A stretch of 64,000 nucleotides of DNA, taken from an uncultured Candidatus Peribacteria bacterium. GTDB lineage: Bacteria > Patescibacteriota > Gracilibacteria > Peribacterales > Peribacteraceae. The notes beneath the pieces were generated by a model. That model was not told the origin of the DNA and ran no database searches. It saw only the letters and a program-made list of their open reading frames with translations. The stretch lies in assembly GCA_964533375.1 (NCBI GenBank), contig CAZHLW010000001.1, positions 144,063-208,062 on the forward strand. The letters run 5' to 3'. Shown here in pieces: positions 1-9,242 of the stretch (position 1 is its first letter; each line of letters begins with the position of its first letter). A program made the position numbers and the translations under genes.

Positions 1-12
1 TCTGGCTTCGCG

Positions 13-1929
13 TTAGACAAGATACGTGGGCATGCTGTGGGAGTGGCTCCCGAGTAAAAACCCGATCATCGCCAGGATGCAGAGGTCTATCAGGATAATA
101 AAGAGCAGTGACTGGCGTGAGGCAATGGGCAGCAGGACTTCCAGTTTTTCGATGCGCCGGAAGAGTCTTTTTTGATGTTGTAATTCGACGACGGCGATTG
201 CAATCAGAACCAGTGCTGTCAGGAATAAGACTGCCTCGAACATGCCAAATACATGATGTGCATTATCCCTGCTCGCTGCAACATCGTCCGGATACAGAAG
301 CTCGAAGCGTGCGTTCACATCGAAAACCTGCGGTTCCTGTTCGGTGATGTCGATGGTCCACTCACCGGGAGGCGAGAGGGCGGCTTTCGGGAATGTGAAG
401 ACATCATCAGAAATCTTCAGTACCTCCGCAGCGACAGGCCCAATGTTTTTCTCGGGCAGATTCAGGAGGATGCTAAGCGTCTGATTCGCAGTGTCTCCGC
501 CCCGCTCCGTTCGTCTGACCGTTACCAAGAATTGTGAGGCATCAGTAGGATGTTCGCGCAGGGTGACGACGGCGTTATTTGTCGTCATCGTCGTGGTATA
601 GACATTGGGTCTTGGAAGCGGGGGCGTGGTAATAATCAGCATGCTCGAAAAAAGAAGGACAGCGAGGCCAGTGAGCGTTTCGCTCAGGAGCACTGCCGGG
701 TGCATGACGGCCTCTTCTTTGTGCCCGTCTGTGGCTGTACCCTCCGCCATCTGCAACAGCGCGCGGTGGGTGATGTGCTGCTGGTAGAGGCGGAGGGTGA
801 GGAGGAGCAGGCCGAAACTTCCAAGTGCGATAGCATGCCCGCCCCAGTGCGTGGTGAAAAGATTCAGCGGATCTTTCAGGTGCAACCACACAATGTACAT
901 ACCCGTCGTGCCGCCGATTGCGAGCGAGAGCATGAGGAGCTGTGAGAGTCTGAAGAGCGAGTGCACAGTGCGTGGAGCCGCCAGACAGAAGACGATGAGT
1001 CCGCCAATCCACAGGTCTTTGAAGAGAAGGTGCACGGCATTGATGCCAATCGAGAACGTCGGCAGAAATTCCGAGGCCGCAGCGTGGCTGATGCGGGCGC
1101 GGAGGATCACGATGGCAATCATCAGAGCCCAGAGAATCCACTCGGTTTCGGTTATCTTCTTTGACCGGAGCATCGAAGGTAGTGCCCACAAAAGGAGTAG
1201 GCAGGCGGCAATGCCGAGAATCATTCTGTGCACGGTAAAGCGGCCCACAACGGTCAGCAGGAATGTCTGCAGTGCGGTTACTAGATCCGTTCCGCGGTCA
1301 GCTGCGAGGTTCATGCTATTGATGACAAGAAAGCCGAGGCAGCCTGCTATCAGCAAGATCATTGCTCCGACAATGAGTATCCTGAGACGCTTAAGATCGA
1401 GGTGAAGGTTAGGGTTGAGGGGGCGCCAGACGGTCACTATCAACGACAAGAGGCCGATCACTACTGCGCTGCCGAGCAACTCCAGCCAGATCATGATGGC
1501 CAGTGGCCAGCCGGAGCGGTGTTGCACGGCCAGGTCTTCGCTGTTGATGACCGTTGCAGCCGTTTCCGTGCCGACCGAAAACAGGAAGCCGCCTTTGGTG
1601 AAGTGACCGTCGTCCTGGGACACGACCTGCCAGGAGACGGTGTAGGTACCAGACGAACTGGCATTGATCGCCGTTTTGAAGAGGCGGGGATCGGTGGCAT
1701 CTACAACGGACTTGCCATCATCAACCAGACTTCCGTCCGGGGCATACACGCGGATGCTGCTGGCTGTGGCATCAATGCGCTCGCTGAAACGGATCTGCAC
1801 CATCGAGGGTATCACAGCATTGATAGACGACACTGCCGGATCAGTTGAGAGCGGTGATGCATGTGCACTTACTTGCTGCACGATGCAGAGCATCAGCAAA
1901 CAGAGGCCGGTGCGGAACATGAAACGCAT
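13..1929 (-). CDS. Fused CopC-CopD copper-handling membrane protein (YcnJ-like)
   Basis: ORF 13..2037. I moved the start to MRFMFRTGLCLLMLCIVQQVSAHA (signal peptide) at 1929. An N-terminal CopC-type beta domain (TYTVSWQVVSQDDGHFTKGGFLFSV) is followed by about 10 hydrophobic helices, as in CopD. The upstream gene stops 1 nt away. Confidence 0.8.
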   Translation of the reverse strand: MRFMFRTGLCLLMLCIVQQVSAHASPLSTDPAVSSINAVIPSMVQIRFSERIDATASSIRVYAPDGSLVDDGKSVVDATDPRLFKTAINASSSGTYTVSWQVVSQDDGHFTKGGFLFSVGTETAATVINSEDLAVQHRSGWPLAIMIWLELLGSAVVIGLLSLIVTVWRPLNPNLHLDLKRLRILIVGAMILLIAGCLGFLVINSMNLAADRGTDLVTALQTFLLTVVGRFTVHRMILGIAACLLLLWALPSMLRSKKITETEWILWALMIAIVILRARISHAAASEFLPTFSIGINAVHLLFKDLWIGGLIVFCLAAPRTVHSLFRLSQLLMLSLAIGGTTGMYIVWLHLKDPLNLFTTHWGGHAIALGSFGLLLLTLRLYQQHITHRALLQMAEGTATDGHKEEAVMHPAVLLSETLTGLAVLLFSSMLIITTPPLPRPNVYTTTMTTNNAVVTLREHPTDASQFLVTVRRTERGGDTANQTLSILLNLPEKNIGPVAAEVLKISDDVFTFPKAALSPPGEWTIDITEQEPQVFDVNARFELLYPDDVAASRDNAHHVFGMFEAVLFLTALVLIAIAVVELQHQKRLFRRIEKLEVLLPIASRQSLLFIILIDLCILAMIGFLLGSHSHSMPTYLV

Positions 1930-1930
1930 G

Positions 1931-2611
1931 TTACTGCTTGCGAATAGCCTGGAGGGCCTGGGTACCAGTCGCCATACCAATGATGCCAAACACCATCCCC
2001 ATGATGCCGAAGCTGAGGCTGCCATCGAAGTCATCAACCTCGTCTGTCAGTTCTGCGGCAGACATGGTTTCTGAGGGGAAGGAGACATCGCTGCGGGAGC
2101 CGGGGCAACCAAACGCGCCGCTCTTTTGGGTCTGTGTGACGCCGTTGGAAATCTGCTGGGCGGCGGTGTCTTCCGGAGCGGTCTCCGTTTCTGCAGGCTT
2201 GCAGGTGAAAGGCACATCGAAGGCAACACCGTTGATGGTTCCAAAGACACGGTATGTATAGCTGGTCTGCACCGTCGGGTAGAAGACGGCGTTGTAGGAA
2301 CCGGCCTCACCCCAGAGCGGGCGGAGATCGAATGTCTTTTTCTGCTTACCGGCGCTCACTTCCACTTTCAGTGTGCTCTCGAGCCCGGTCACAGGCGTTC
2401 CTTCTGCGTCACCTGTTACGCCGGTCATGTCTGCCACCATCATCTCCACGCCGCTTTTGTCATCCACACGCACTGGTTCATTCATCGATCCGATTACGAT
2501 GGAATATGTTTTCTCGCCGATGGTAAATGTGCGGTGCTCGTGGGCGAAGGTTGTGAGTGGGAGGAGAGTGAGAGTCGCTGCTGTTGCAATGCTGAGGAGG
2601 GACGGACGCAT
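1931..2611 (-). CDS. Secreted, C-terminally membrane-anchored protein, possibly a YcnI-like copper-binding protein
   Basis: ORF 1931..2857, with the start at MRPSLLSIATAATLTLLPLTTFA|HEH (2611). The mature N-terminus would begin with His, there is a C-terminal TM anchor (FGIMGMVFGIIGMATG), and the gene sits directly upstream of the CopC-CopD fusion as ycnI does with ycnJ. The family assignment is tentative. Confidence 0.55.
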   Translation of the reverse strand: MRPSLLSIATAATLTLLPLTTFAHEHRTFTIGEKTYSIVIGSMNEPVRVDDKSGVEMMVADMTGVTGDAEGTPVTGLESTLKVEVSAGKQKKTFDLRPLWGEAGSYNAVFYPTVQTSYTYRVFGTINGVAFDVPFTCKPAETETAPEDTAAQQISNGVTQTQKSGAFGCPGSRSDVSFPSETMSAAELTDEVDDFDGSLSFGIMGMVFGIIGMATGTQALQAIRKQ

Positions 2612-2731
2612 TGTGGGTGAGGGGAAAGAATAGGGTGAGTGTACTCCTGAAATGCCAAAATTCCCCCGGATTTTTCTCTCTTTGGCTCTTAAAAAATGAT
2701 AAAATGAGTTCCTAGTTTTTTCCCCATTTGT

Positions 2732-3226
2732 ATGAAGAAAATAACGTCTCTCTCGGTTGCAGCTCTGGTGCTTCTGAGTGCCTGCGCCCCTGCTGCCAAT
2801 GTCGGCTTGTCGGATTCGTCCGCTCTGTCTTCCATGGATCATTCCAGCATGGACCACTCCGATTCATCGCATGATATGAGCGCCGGTGCTCCCACTGCCG
2901 AAGAAGAGGCAGCCAGCTCCGCAGCAGCATCGGCAGCTGTGTCTGCAGGTGCCCGCGTCATTACCATGTCTGTCACAGACTTCGTGTTCTCGCCAAACAC
3001 CATCACCGTGAACAAGGGTGAAAAGGTGGTCGTTCGTTTGACTGCAGTGAGCGGTACGCACGGCTTTGGATCGTCCGAACTCGGACTCAATGTCCGCATT
3101 GAACCGGGTGAAACCAAGGATATTGTTATCCCCACAGACAAGGCAGGAATCTTCGCGTTCAAGTGCAGCGTTCCGTGCGGATCGGGACATCGCGATATGA
3201 CAGGCACCATCATTGTCGAAGAGTAA
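2732..3226 (+). CDS. Cupredoxin-domain lipoprotein with Met/His-rich linker
   Basis: Lipobox (VLLSAC), a Met/His-rich stretch (SSMDHSSMDHSDSSHDMS), and a C-terminal cupredoxin-like domain with Cys/His/Met ligand-like spacing (FKCSVPCGSGHRDMTG). Confidence 0.75.
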   Translation: MKKITSLSVAALVLLSACAPAANVGLSDSSALSSMDHSSMDHSDSSHDMSAGAPTAEEEAASSAAASAAVSAGARVITMSVTDFVFSPNTITVNKGEKVVVRLTAVSGTHGFGSSELGLNVRIEPGETKDIVIPTDKAGIFAFKCSVPCGSGHRDMTGTIIVEE

Positions 3227-3240
3227 TCATCGCACCTACA

Positions 3241-3275
3241 AAAAAACGGACGCCATCATCGACGTCCGTTTTTTA
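3241..3275. terminator. Bidirectional rho-independent terminator
   Basis: A-tract, 7-bp stem ACGGACG/CGTCCGT, then a T-tract, lying between convergent genes (stops at 3226 and 3283). Confidence 0.75.
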
Positions 3276-3282
3276 AAATCGC

Positions 3283-3663
3283 TTACAGTCCGAGCATCAT
3301 TGCATCCACGCTGATGGTGCCTGCACCAAGAGTCAGGAGTGCCAGCAAGCCGCCAAGGAGTGCGAGGTCGAATTCCCATCCCATTTTGTTCATCGCCGTA
3401 AAAGGAACATGCCACTCCTGTGTTTTCTTGTAGATAGCACCGACCATGATGATTCCCAGGCCCAGGCTCGCAAGCTGCGTCAGGAAACCAAAGAGGAGAG
3501 CCAGTCCGCCGAGCGTTTCACAAATGCCAATGAAGCCCATGAAGGACTTGAGGTCTCCGAGCTTCTTGGAACCGTGGACAATGAAAACAATGGCGATTAC
3601 CAGGCGCAGAGCCAGCACGCCCCAGTTGCCGTACGACAGGAAGAACATATCGAATGCTTGCAT
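3283..3663 (-). CDS. DoxX family membrane protein
   Basis: Four hydrophobic helices with a DoxX-like sequence (RLVIAIVFIVHGSKKL...ETLGGLALLFGFLTQLASLGLGIIMVGAI). Start chosen at MQAFDMFF (3663). Confidence 0.7.
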   Translation of the reverse strand: MQAFDMFFLSYGNWGVLALRLVIAIVFIVHGSKKLGDLKSFMGFIGICETLGGLALLFGFLTQLASLGLGIIMVGAIYKKTQEWHVPFTAMNKMGWEFDLALLGGLLALLTLGAGTISVDAMMLGL

Positions 3664-3723
3664 AAAAAGGGAGGGAGGAAAGTACAACGACCAAGTCTAT
3701 CATACCTTTTGCCCTGTCCTCAA

Positions 3724-5004
3724 TTACGGCAAGACAACCGGCTTTTCCGGGCTCACAATCTTCACATCAATACTGCCGTCCGTCTGGATATCCACTTTGA
3801 TGGGCAATCCTGCTGATGACGACACATGAATGTCCACACCTGCGGATGATTCGTTTTGGATCGTCAGTGATGATGCGCTGCTCTTTTTGATGGACGAGCT
3901 GCCGGTGCCGGAAGCTTTCGAACTGGAGGATGTTGCGTTTTTGTTCATAAAGGATGTCATCTGCAATGCATTGATGGAGTGGTCCTGCGCGATGCTGATT
4001 TTTGCGTTGCCGCCATCAATCTTCAGGTGTGACACCGTGTCTGCATCCTGCTTCATGGCGCGGTCCTGCTTTTCCGCCTTTTTTCCAAACATGAGATCGA
4101 CTGCCACAATGGTGCGGGACGAGACAGAGGATGATTCCACACTGCTGGATGCGTCTGCCATCATCATAGCTGCCGGTGTGCTGCTGGCATCCATCACAAT
4201 CTCTTCGCTGATTTTGGAGTCGAGGGCAATGGTCGCGTCCGCTGCCTGCTCCACATACTGGCGCATGGCAACCACAGCGTTGTTGTTTTTCAGGGCAATG
4301 ATCTGCTTGCGCAATGCTGCCTCGGTTTTCTCGCCGACCTTCTTTGCACGGTCGCGGTTACCGGCCTTTGCCATTACTTCGATTTTGCTGTGGGCGGCGG
4401 CAATATGCGTGTTGAACGCAACGGCCAGGCTTGCGCTTTTTTCTTCAGTCAGTCTGCCTTTCTCCGCCAGCTTGGTAGCTTCTTTCACACGGCGTTCCGC
4501 ACGGATAGCTTCCCACTCGGCTTTCGCTTCCGCGTTCACTGCGAGTGCTGCGTGGACGGTTTCATTCACATGGATTTTGACCGGATAGAGTGCATCACCC
4601 GGAAGAGCGTATTCCGCTGCGTAGGACAAACTTCCTGTGCCAAGGACCAACATCAGAACTGATGCGACAACAGGGCTGAAGCGAAGAGAGAACAACTCAA
4701 AAAAACCAGAGCGCTTTTCGTGCTGTCTGAGAGCTGCTGCCATATCCACCGGATGGTCTTTCATGAAGGCAAAGAGGGCTTTTCCGGCACGGTCGGATTC
4801 CCCAATAGTGAGGCGGATGGCTTGGGCTTTCTGTGCGAGGGCGGGATCGAAGTCGGTCATATGCTCAGTAGGACACGACTCTTTTGTGTCTCTTACAGGA
4901 TTCTCTGCCATTTTCTGCGTTATTCGATTCAGGCACGCAGAACGCTCCGCTTCGCTTAAGCACATCTTTTTGGCCTTATCAAAAAATGCGTCTATCTCAT
5001 CCAT
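3724..5004 (-). CDS. Single-pass membrane protein downstream of the ECF sigma (putative anti-sigma factor, DUF5667-like ectodomain)
   Basis: Overlaps the sigma gene stop by 8 nt. It has an N-terminal cytoplasmic helix region, one TM segment (VVASVLMLVLGTGSL), then AEYALPGDALYPVKIHVNE and a helical/Ser-rich ectodomain. Confidence 0.5.
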   Translation of the reverse strand: MDEIDAFFDKAKKMCLSEAERSACLNRITQKMAENPVRDTKESCPTEHMTDFDPALAQKAQAIRLTIGESDRAGKALFAFMKDHPVDMAAALRQHEKRSGFFELFSLRFSPVVASVLMLVLGTGSLSYAAEYALPGDALYPVKIHVNETVHAALAVNAEAKAEWEAIRAERRVKEATKLAEKGRLTEEKSASLAVAFNTHIAAAHSKIEVMAKAGNRDRAKKVGEKTEAALRKQIIALKNNNAVVAMRQYVEQAADATIALDSKISEEIVMDASSTPAAMMMADASSSVESSSVSSRTIVAVDLMFGKKAEKQDRAMKQDADTVSHLKIDGGNAKISIAQDHSINALQMTSFMNKNATSSSSKASGTGSSSIKKSSASSLTIQNESSAGVDIHVSSSAGLPIKVDIQTDGSIDVKIVSPEKPVVLP

Positions 5005-5542
5005 GGGGGATTAAGGTACGCAAATGCTTCACGCCTCTGGTAATACGCACCGAGACGGTATTGGGGGATTCTTCCAGGATTTCGGCAATTTCCGCCGGAG
5101 ACAGGCCCTGGATATACCGCATGCTCACAGCCGTTCTGTAGGGTTCCTCAATTTGCTTCAATACGTCCATTACCTGGTCTTCGGCAATCATATCGCGCTT
5201 CAGACGTTCGTCTTCGGACGGAGGATCGAACCCCTCTTCCTGCAGTGCATCCAGCGAGGCTTCGCTTTTCTTCCGCTTATAGTTAAAGCAAAGGTTACTG
5301 GCGACGCGGTAGAGAAAGGCGCGGACGTTGTCTAAATCGTGCCCCTCGGCAATATAGACCCAGGTTTTCATGAACGCCTCCTGCATGATTTCGAGCGCAA
5401 TTTCGCGGTTAAACACAATAAAATGGCAATGACGAAAGATTTCATCCTTGTACTCGTCAAAGGCTTTGGCGAAGTCTTCTTCTGCGTTGTGGGATGCCCG
5501 GATAATCATAATGAGGTGGAAGGCTGAGAAGGGATCATACAC
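4997..5542 (-). CDS. ECF-type RNA polymerase sigma-70 family factor
   Basis: Region 2 (IFRHCHFIVFNREIALEIMQEAFMKTW) and a region 4 HTH (MRYIQGLSPAEIAEILEESPNTVSVRITRG). The 5542 start is GTG; an ATG at 5509 is an alternative. Confidence 0.85.
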   Translation of the reverse strand: MYDPFSAFHLIMIIRASHNAEEDFAKAFDEYKDEIFRHCHFIVFNREIALEIMQEAFMKTWVYIAEGHDLDNVRAFLYRVASNLCFNYKRKKSEASLDALQEEGFDPPSEDERLKRDMIAEDQVMDVLKQIEEPYRTAVSMRYIQGLSPAEIAEILEESPNTVSVRITRGVKHLRTLIPHG

Positions 5543-5623
5543 TATTTTTCAGACGATTTTTATGTGATTTTCCGGCTTTCTTCTGCGATTTTCCGCTTGT
5601 CCTATGGTATACTGCCCGCTCTC

Positions 5624-7069
5624 ATGAATTCGTCATCAGATTCATCAACGTCTTTGCCGTTCCATGTGCTGGAGCGCGTCGTCACGCTTGCGCTCGTGGG
5701 GTTTGCCATCCTGCTTGTCATCATCACGCTGATTGTGACCATCGCCCCGCTGCGGGTGGCTGCCACTCGCGGGGTTCTTTCCATTGCCGGAGCCGCGCCG
5801 CCCCGGGACAGCCACGGATTTACAAACGTTCTGTTGCTTGGAGTGGGTGACAAAAACCACGACGGCGCAGACCTGACAGATACCATGATGATTGCGAGTA
5901 TCGATCCGCTCACACGCAGCGCCGTGCTCCTGAGCATCCCGCGCGATCTGTACCTGACCGGCAACAAAACGATTCCCGACGGGCGCATCAATACGCTCTA
6001 TTTTTATGAGAAGCAGGCACTCAAGCTGAAAGATAAAACGCGCAGCGCTGCGGATCTCTCCAAAATGGCGCTTCACGAAGTGGGGGATGAGATGGGGCGG
6101 AAGCTGGGCATCGATATCCATGGTGTGGTGAAAGTCGACTTTACTGCCTTCACTGAAGTAGTTGATGCGCTGGGGGGAGTCGATGTCATCGTCGAGAAAA
6201 AGATTACGGACTACACGTATCCGATTGCCGAAAATCAGACCGGCCTTTTTGAGCTCGATGCCGGGCCGCAGCATCTGGATGGAGAAACCGCCCTCCGCTT
6301 TGCCCGCACCCGTCACGGCAGCACGGACTTCGAACGTTCCGCACGCCAGCAGCAATTGCTCGGGGCCCTCAGCCAGAAAGCAAAATCGATGGGCCGTTTC
6401 GAGCAGATCAGCTTTGCATCATCACTGCTGAAAACATTGTCCAGGCACATGGAGACCACTTTTACGACAGCAGAATTACTTGGTCTGACACAGATTGGTA
6501 CCACTCTCTCGCTCGATAATCTCATTACCATGCAGGTGAACTACAACGCCGGTGGAGATTATATCGAGGCAAAAGCAGGAGGCTTTGTGTACGCGGCCGA
6601 CCCGGCACTCTACGAAGGAGCCAGCGTTCTGCTCCCCACCTCTCTCCCGACGGACCAGACCGGCTGGGGACAGATTGCGGCCTTTGCGGGATTACTCGTG
6701 TACCAGCGCTCCCTCTATCTGACTGATGCTGAAGTGCAGGTGGTGAATGTCTCTGCCAATGCGCTTATGGCAAGCCGCCTGGAAAACGAACTGCGCCGCT
6801 ACGGCTTTACGGTAGGGGAGGCGCCGAAGGCCCCGAAGACCACCACTAAAGAAAAGCCTGCCGATCTGCCTGCGTCTTTCATTATCTTCAGCAATACCGA
6901 TGGTAAGCAGTTGGCCGGCTTCTTCGGCGGACTCCTGAAGATGGATGTGTCCCAGGATACGTCTGCAGACAAAACCGGCACAGGCAGCATTGTGCGGATT
7001 GTGCTTGGGAAAGATTTCAAATATCAGCCGATCCAGACGCTGGTGGGAACGGGAGCTGCTTTACGGTGA
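5624..7069 (+). CDS. LytR-CpsA-Psr (LCP) family cell-envelope phosphotransferase
   Basis: N-terminal TM anchor, then the LCP core (NVLLLGVGDKNHDGADLTDTMMIASIDPLTRSAVLLSIPRDLY ... ALRFARTRHGSTDFERSARQQ). ATG at 5624 is preferred over the GTG at 5564. Confidence 0.85.
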   Translation: MNSSSDSSTSLPFHVLERVVTLALVGFAILLVIITLIVTIAPLRVAATRGVLSIAGAAPPRDSHGFTNVLLLGVGDKNHDGADLTDTMMIASIDPLTRSAVLLSIPRDLYLTGNKTIPDGRINTLYFYEKQALKLKDKTRSAADLSKMALHEVGDEMGRKLGIDIHGVVKVDFTAFTEVVDALGGVDVIVEKKITDYTYPIAENQTGLFELDAGPQHLDGETALRFARTRHGSTDFERSARQQQLLGALSQKAKSMGRFEQISFASSLLKTLSRHMETTFTTAELLGLTQIGTTLSLDNLITMQVNYNAGGDYIEAKAGGFVYAADPALYEGASVLLPTSLPTDQTGWGQIAAFAGLLVYQRSLYLTDAEVQVVNVSANALMASRLENELRRYGFTVGEAPKAPKTTTKEKPADLPASFIIFSNTDGKQLAGFFGGLLKMDVSQDTSADKTGTGSIVRIVLGKDFKYQPIQTLVGTGAALR

Positions 7070-7152
7070 GGGTTTGAAAGTTGAAAGGTAGAAGGTATAA
7101 GGTTTGTTTGAGAGTTTTCTTTTAAACTTTCTACTTTCAAACTTTTCAACCC
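7070..7152. repeat. Imperfect long palindrome built from heptamer repeats
   Basis: The left arm is TTGAAAG TTGAAAG GTAGAAG GTATAAG (7074-7101). The right arm, CTTTTAAACTTTCTACTTTCAAACTTTTCAACCC (7119-7152), is its imperfect complement. It fills the LCP-uppP spacer. Confidence 0.8.
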
Positions 7153-7157
7153 GTCAC

Positions 7158-7928
7158 ATGACTGCACTCCACGCACTTCTCCTCGGAATTGTCGAAGGGT
7201 TCTCGGAATTTTTGCCGGTCAGCTCGACGGCGCATCTCATCCTCACATCAGCATTACTCAAACTGGAACAGACGGAGTTTCTGAAAACTTTTGAAGTGGT
7301 CATCCAGCTCGGAGCGATTCTGTCCGTGGTTGTTGTCTACTGGCGGTCACTCCTTGTGCAGAAAGACGTGATGCTCCGGATTGCCATTGCTTTCATTCCC
7401 ACGGCTATTATCGGTTTCCTGCTGGAACGCATTATCCGCAATGTCCTGTTTGAAAATATCCCCACCATTCTGTGGTCACTTTTTATCGGAGGAATCATCC
7501 TCATCGCGTTTGAGAAGTTTCATACACCATCACCCAAAGATATCGCCGATATGAAAGACATGAGCTACAGGCAGGCCTTCCTGATCGGTCTCTGTCAGGC
7601 ACTTGCAGTCGTTCCCGGTGTCTCGCGCAGCGGTGCGACGATTGTTGGAGGAGTCTTACTAGGAGTGAGCCGCAAAGCCATCGTCGATTTCTCGTTTGTG
7701 CTCGCAGTGCCTACCATGCTCGCAGCGACGGTTTTGTCGATGGTGAAGCACAGTGATGAGATGTCGTTTGATCAGTCGGGATTACTGGCGATTGGGTTTG
7801 TGACATCTTTCATTATTGCGCTGATAAGCATCAAGTGGTTACTGGGGTACGTGAAGAAGCACAGCTTTGCGGCGTTTGGTGTGTACCGGATTGCAATCGC
7901 TGTGCTGTTTTTTGCGTTACTCTTCTAG
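7158..7928 (+). CDS. uppP: Undecaprenyl-diphosphate phosphatase
   Basis: MTALHALLLGIVEGFSEFLPVSSTAHL..., PGVSRSGATIVGG, and about 8 TM helices. ATG at 7158. Confidence 0.9.
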   Translation: MTALHALLLGIVEGFSEFLPVSSTAHLILTSALLKLEQTEFLKTFEVVIQLGAILSVVVVYWRSLLVQKDVMLRIAIAFIPTAIIGFLLERIIRNVLFENIPTILWSLFIGGIILIAFEKFHTPSPKDIADMKDMSYRQAFLIGLCQALAVVPGVSRSGATIVGGVLLGVSRKAIVDFSFVLAVPTMLAATVLSMVKHSDEMSFDQSGLLAIGFVTSFIIALISIKWLLGYVKKHSFAAFGVYRIAIAVLFFALLF

Positions 7929-9197
7929 GAGATTAGACGGTGTCTTCTGGGGTAGTACCTCTGGTACGACAGCACTGAGAGCATCACGTACTTGCTCTGT
8001 ATCAATGGTAAAGGTGGCGTTGTTCAACGCGTCTTCCTGTAGCGGATCGACAAAAACGGTTTCAATCGCACTATGGACAGCATCAATATCAAGAGCCGTT
8101 TTCCCGCTTTGTACTGTCGCCGCGTGCTGATAGTTATCCAAGTGCTGCAGCAGACGGGCAAAGGCACCGATGAGTGCTTGTGGTGTTGTTTGAATGAAAT
8201 CGGTTTCAGATTCCTCTCCTGCCTGCCTGAAAATGCTTCCAACTCTCTTCTCCAGATCTTTGGGATCGATGAATGAGTGATTGTGAAGACCGGCATCCGT
8301 TCCATCGCGAATATCAGCCGCGATTCTTGCCAGCGATGCAACAGAGGCGGCAATTTCCCGCTTCACATTTCTTGCAGTTTTGATGTTCAGAATATCGTCA
8401 CTATGGTCCCTGCGGCCATCCATATCGGCAGCCAGGGTGGCAATGGCCGTCAGTTCTTCTTGTAACGTTTTCAATTCTGCTGCTTGTTTTTCTGCCATCG
8501 TACGGCGCAATTGGTTATAAGTTTTTAGGAAATCGTTGCAGGTGGAAAGTGCCCTGAAAGCGCCTGCCATCAGTGTATCCTTTCGGCCTTCCAAAGCAGT
8601 GCGCAGGCCATCATCTAAGTCAGCCCATGCCACTACTTTTTCCTGCATCAGTCCCGACGTCTCATTAATTGCCCATCCGATTGTGACTCTTGCCGGATTC
8701 GGGTTATGCAGCGCATCGGCAATGGTTTCCACCAGTTGCTTTGCAACAAGACCGAGGTCATCTCCTGCGTCATACAGGGAATCTGCTTCCAACTTCTTTT
8801 CAAACAACGCAAGCCGAAAGCGAATACCTTCAAATGAACTGAAGAGAGGATCTTCTGGTGAAAGCACCAGTTGTTTTTGAGCTTCTCCTACGGAGACCAA
8901 AGCGTCTCTCTGGAGTTGCCGGATTCCCTCTACATCCACTTTTGTTTTTTCTCCGTTTTCCAGTTCCAGCTCCACGCTGACGTTGGTTGACAGCGTGTCG
9001 AGTGAGGAAAGGTCTTGTATATGCTTCAGGACAGCATCTTTCTTTAGTTTTAACGCAAATGCCTGCATGCCTTTTGCACGCACCACAGCCTTTCCGATAC
9101 CCAGCTGCTCCATTTGTGAGGCAAGGGCTTCGAGAGAGGACTCATCTATACCTTCTGGAAGATGCCTATCTCCACTCCGAGTGTCTGTTTGTTTCAT
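7917..9197 (-). CDS. Hypothetical protein (426 aa, acidic, predicted helical)
   Basis: Long ORF with coding-like composition and no motif I recognise. Its 3' end overlaps the uppP 3' end convergently by 12 nt. Confidence 0.6.
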   Translation of the reverse strand: MKQTDTRSGDRHLPEGIDESSLEALASQMEQLGIGKAVVRAKGMQAFALKLKKDAVLKHIQDLSSLDTLSTNVSVELELENGEKTKVDVEGIRQLQRDALVSVGEAQKQLVLSPEDPLFSSFEGIRFRLALFEKKLEADSLYDAGDDLGLVAKQLVETIADALHNPNPARVTIGWAINETSGLMQEKVVAWADLDDGLRTALEGRKDTLMAGAFRALSTCNDFLKTYNQLRRTMAEKQAAELKTLQEELTAIATLAADMDGRRDHSDDILNIKTARNVKREIAASVASLARIAADIRDGTDAGLHNHSFIDPKDLEKRVGSIFRQAGEESETDFIQTTPQALIGAFARLLQHLDNYQHAATVQSGKTALDIDAVHSAIETVFVDPLQEDALNNATFTIDTEQVRDALSAVVPEVLPQKTPSNLLEE

Positions 9198-9242
9198 ATA
9201 ACTATTATACTATATTTTGCTATTTTAAGCAATATCCTTGTT

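Noticed and set aside
1931-2857. Long 308-aa version of the YcnI-like ORF, and the 674-aa version of the CopCD ORF
   Set aside because: The N-terminal extensions are Arg/Gly-rich, run across the divergent promoter region or the upstream gene, and precede obvious signal peptides. The internal Met starts (2611 and 1929) give canonical secreted proteins.
7917-7928. 12-nt convergent overlap between the 3' ends of uppP and the 426-aa hypothetical gene
   Set aside because: Short convergent overlaps are common in compact genomes, and no associated structure or regulatory signal is evident.
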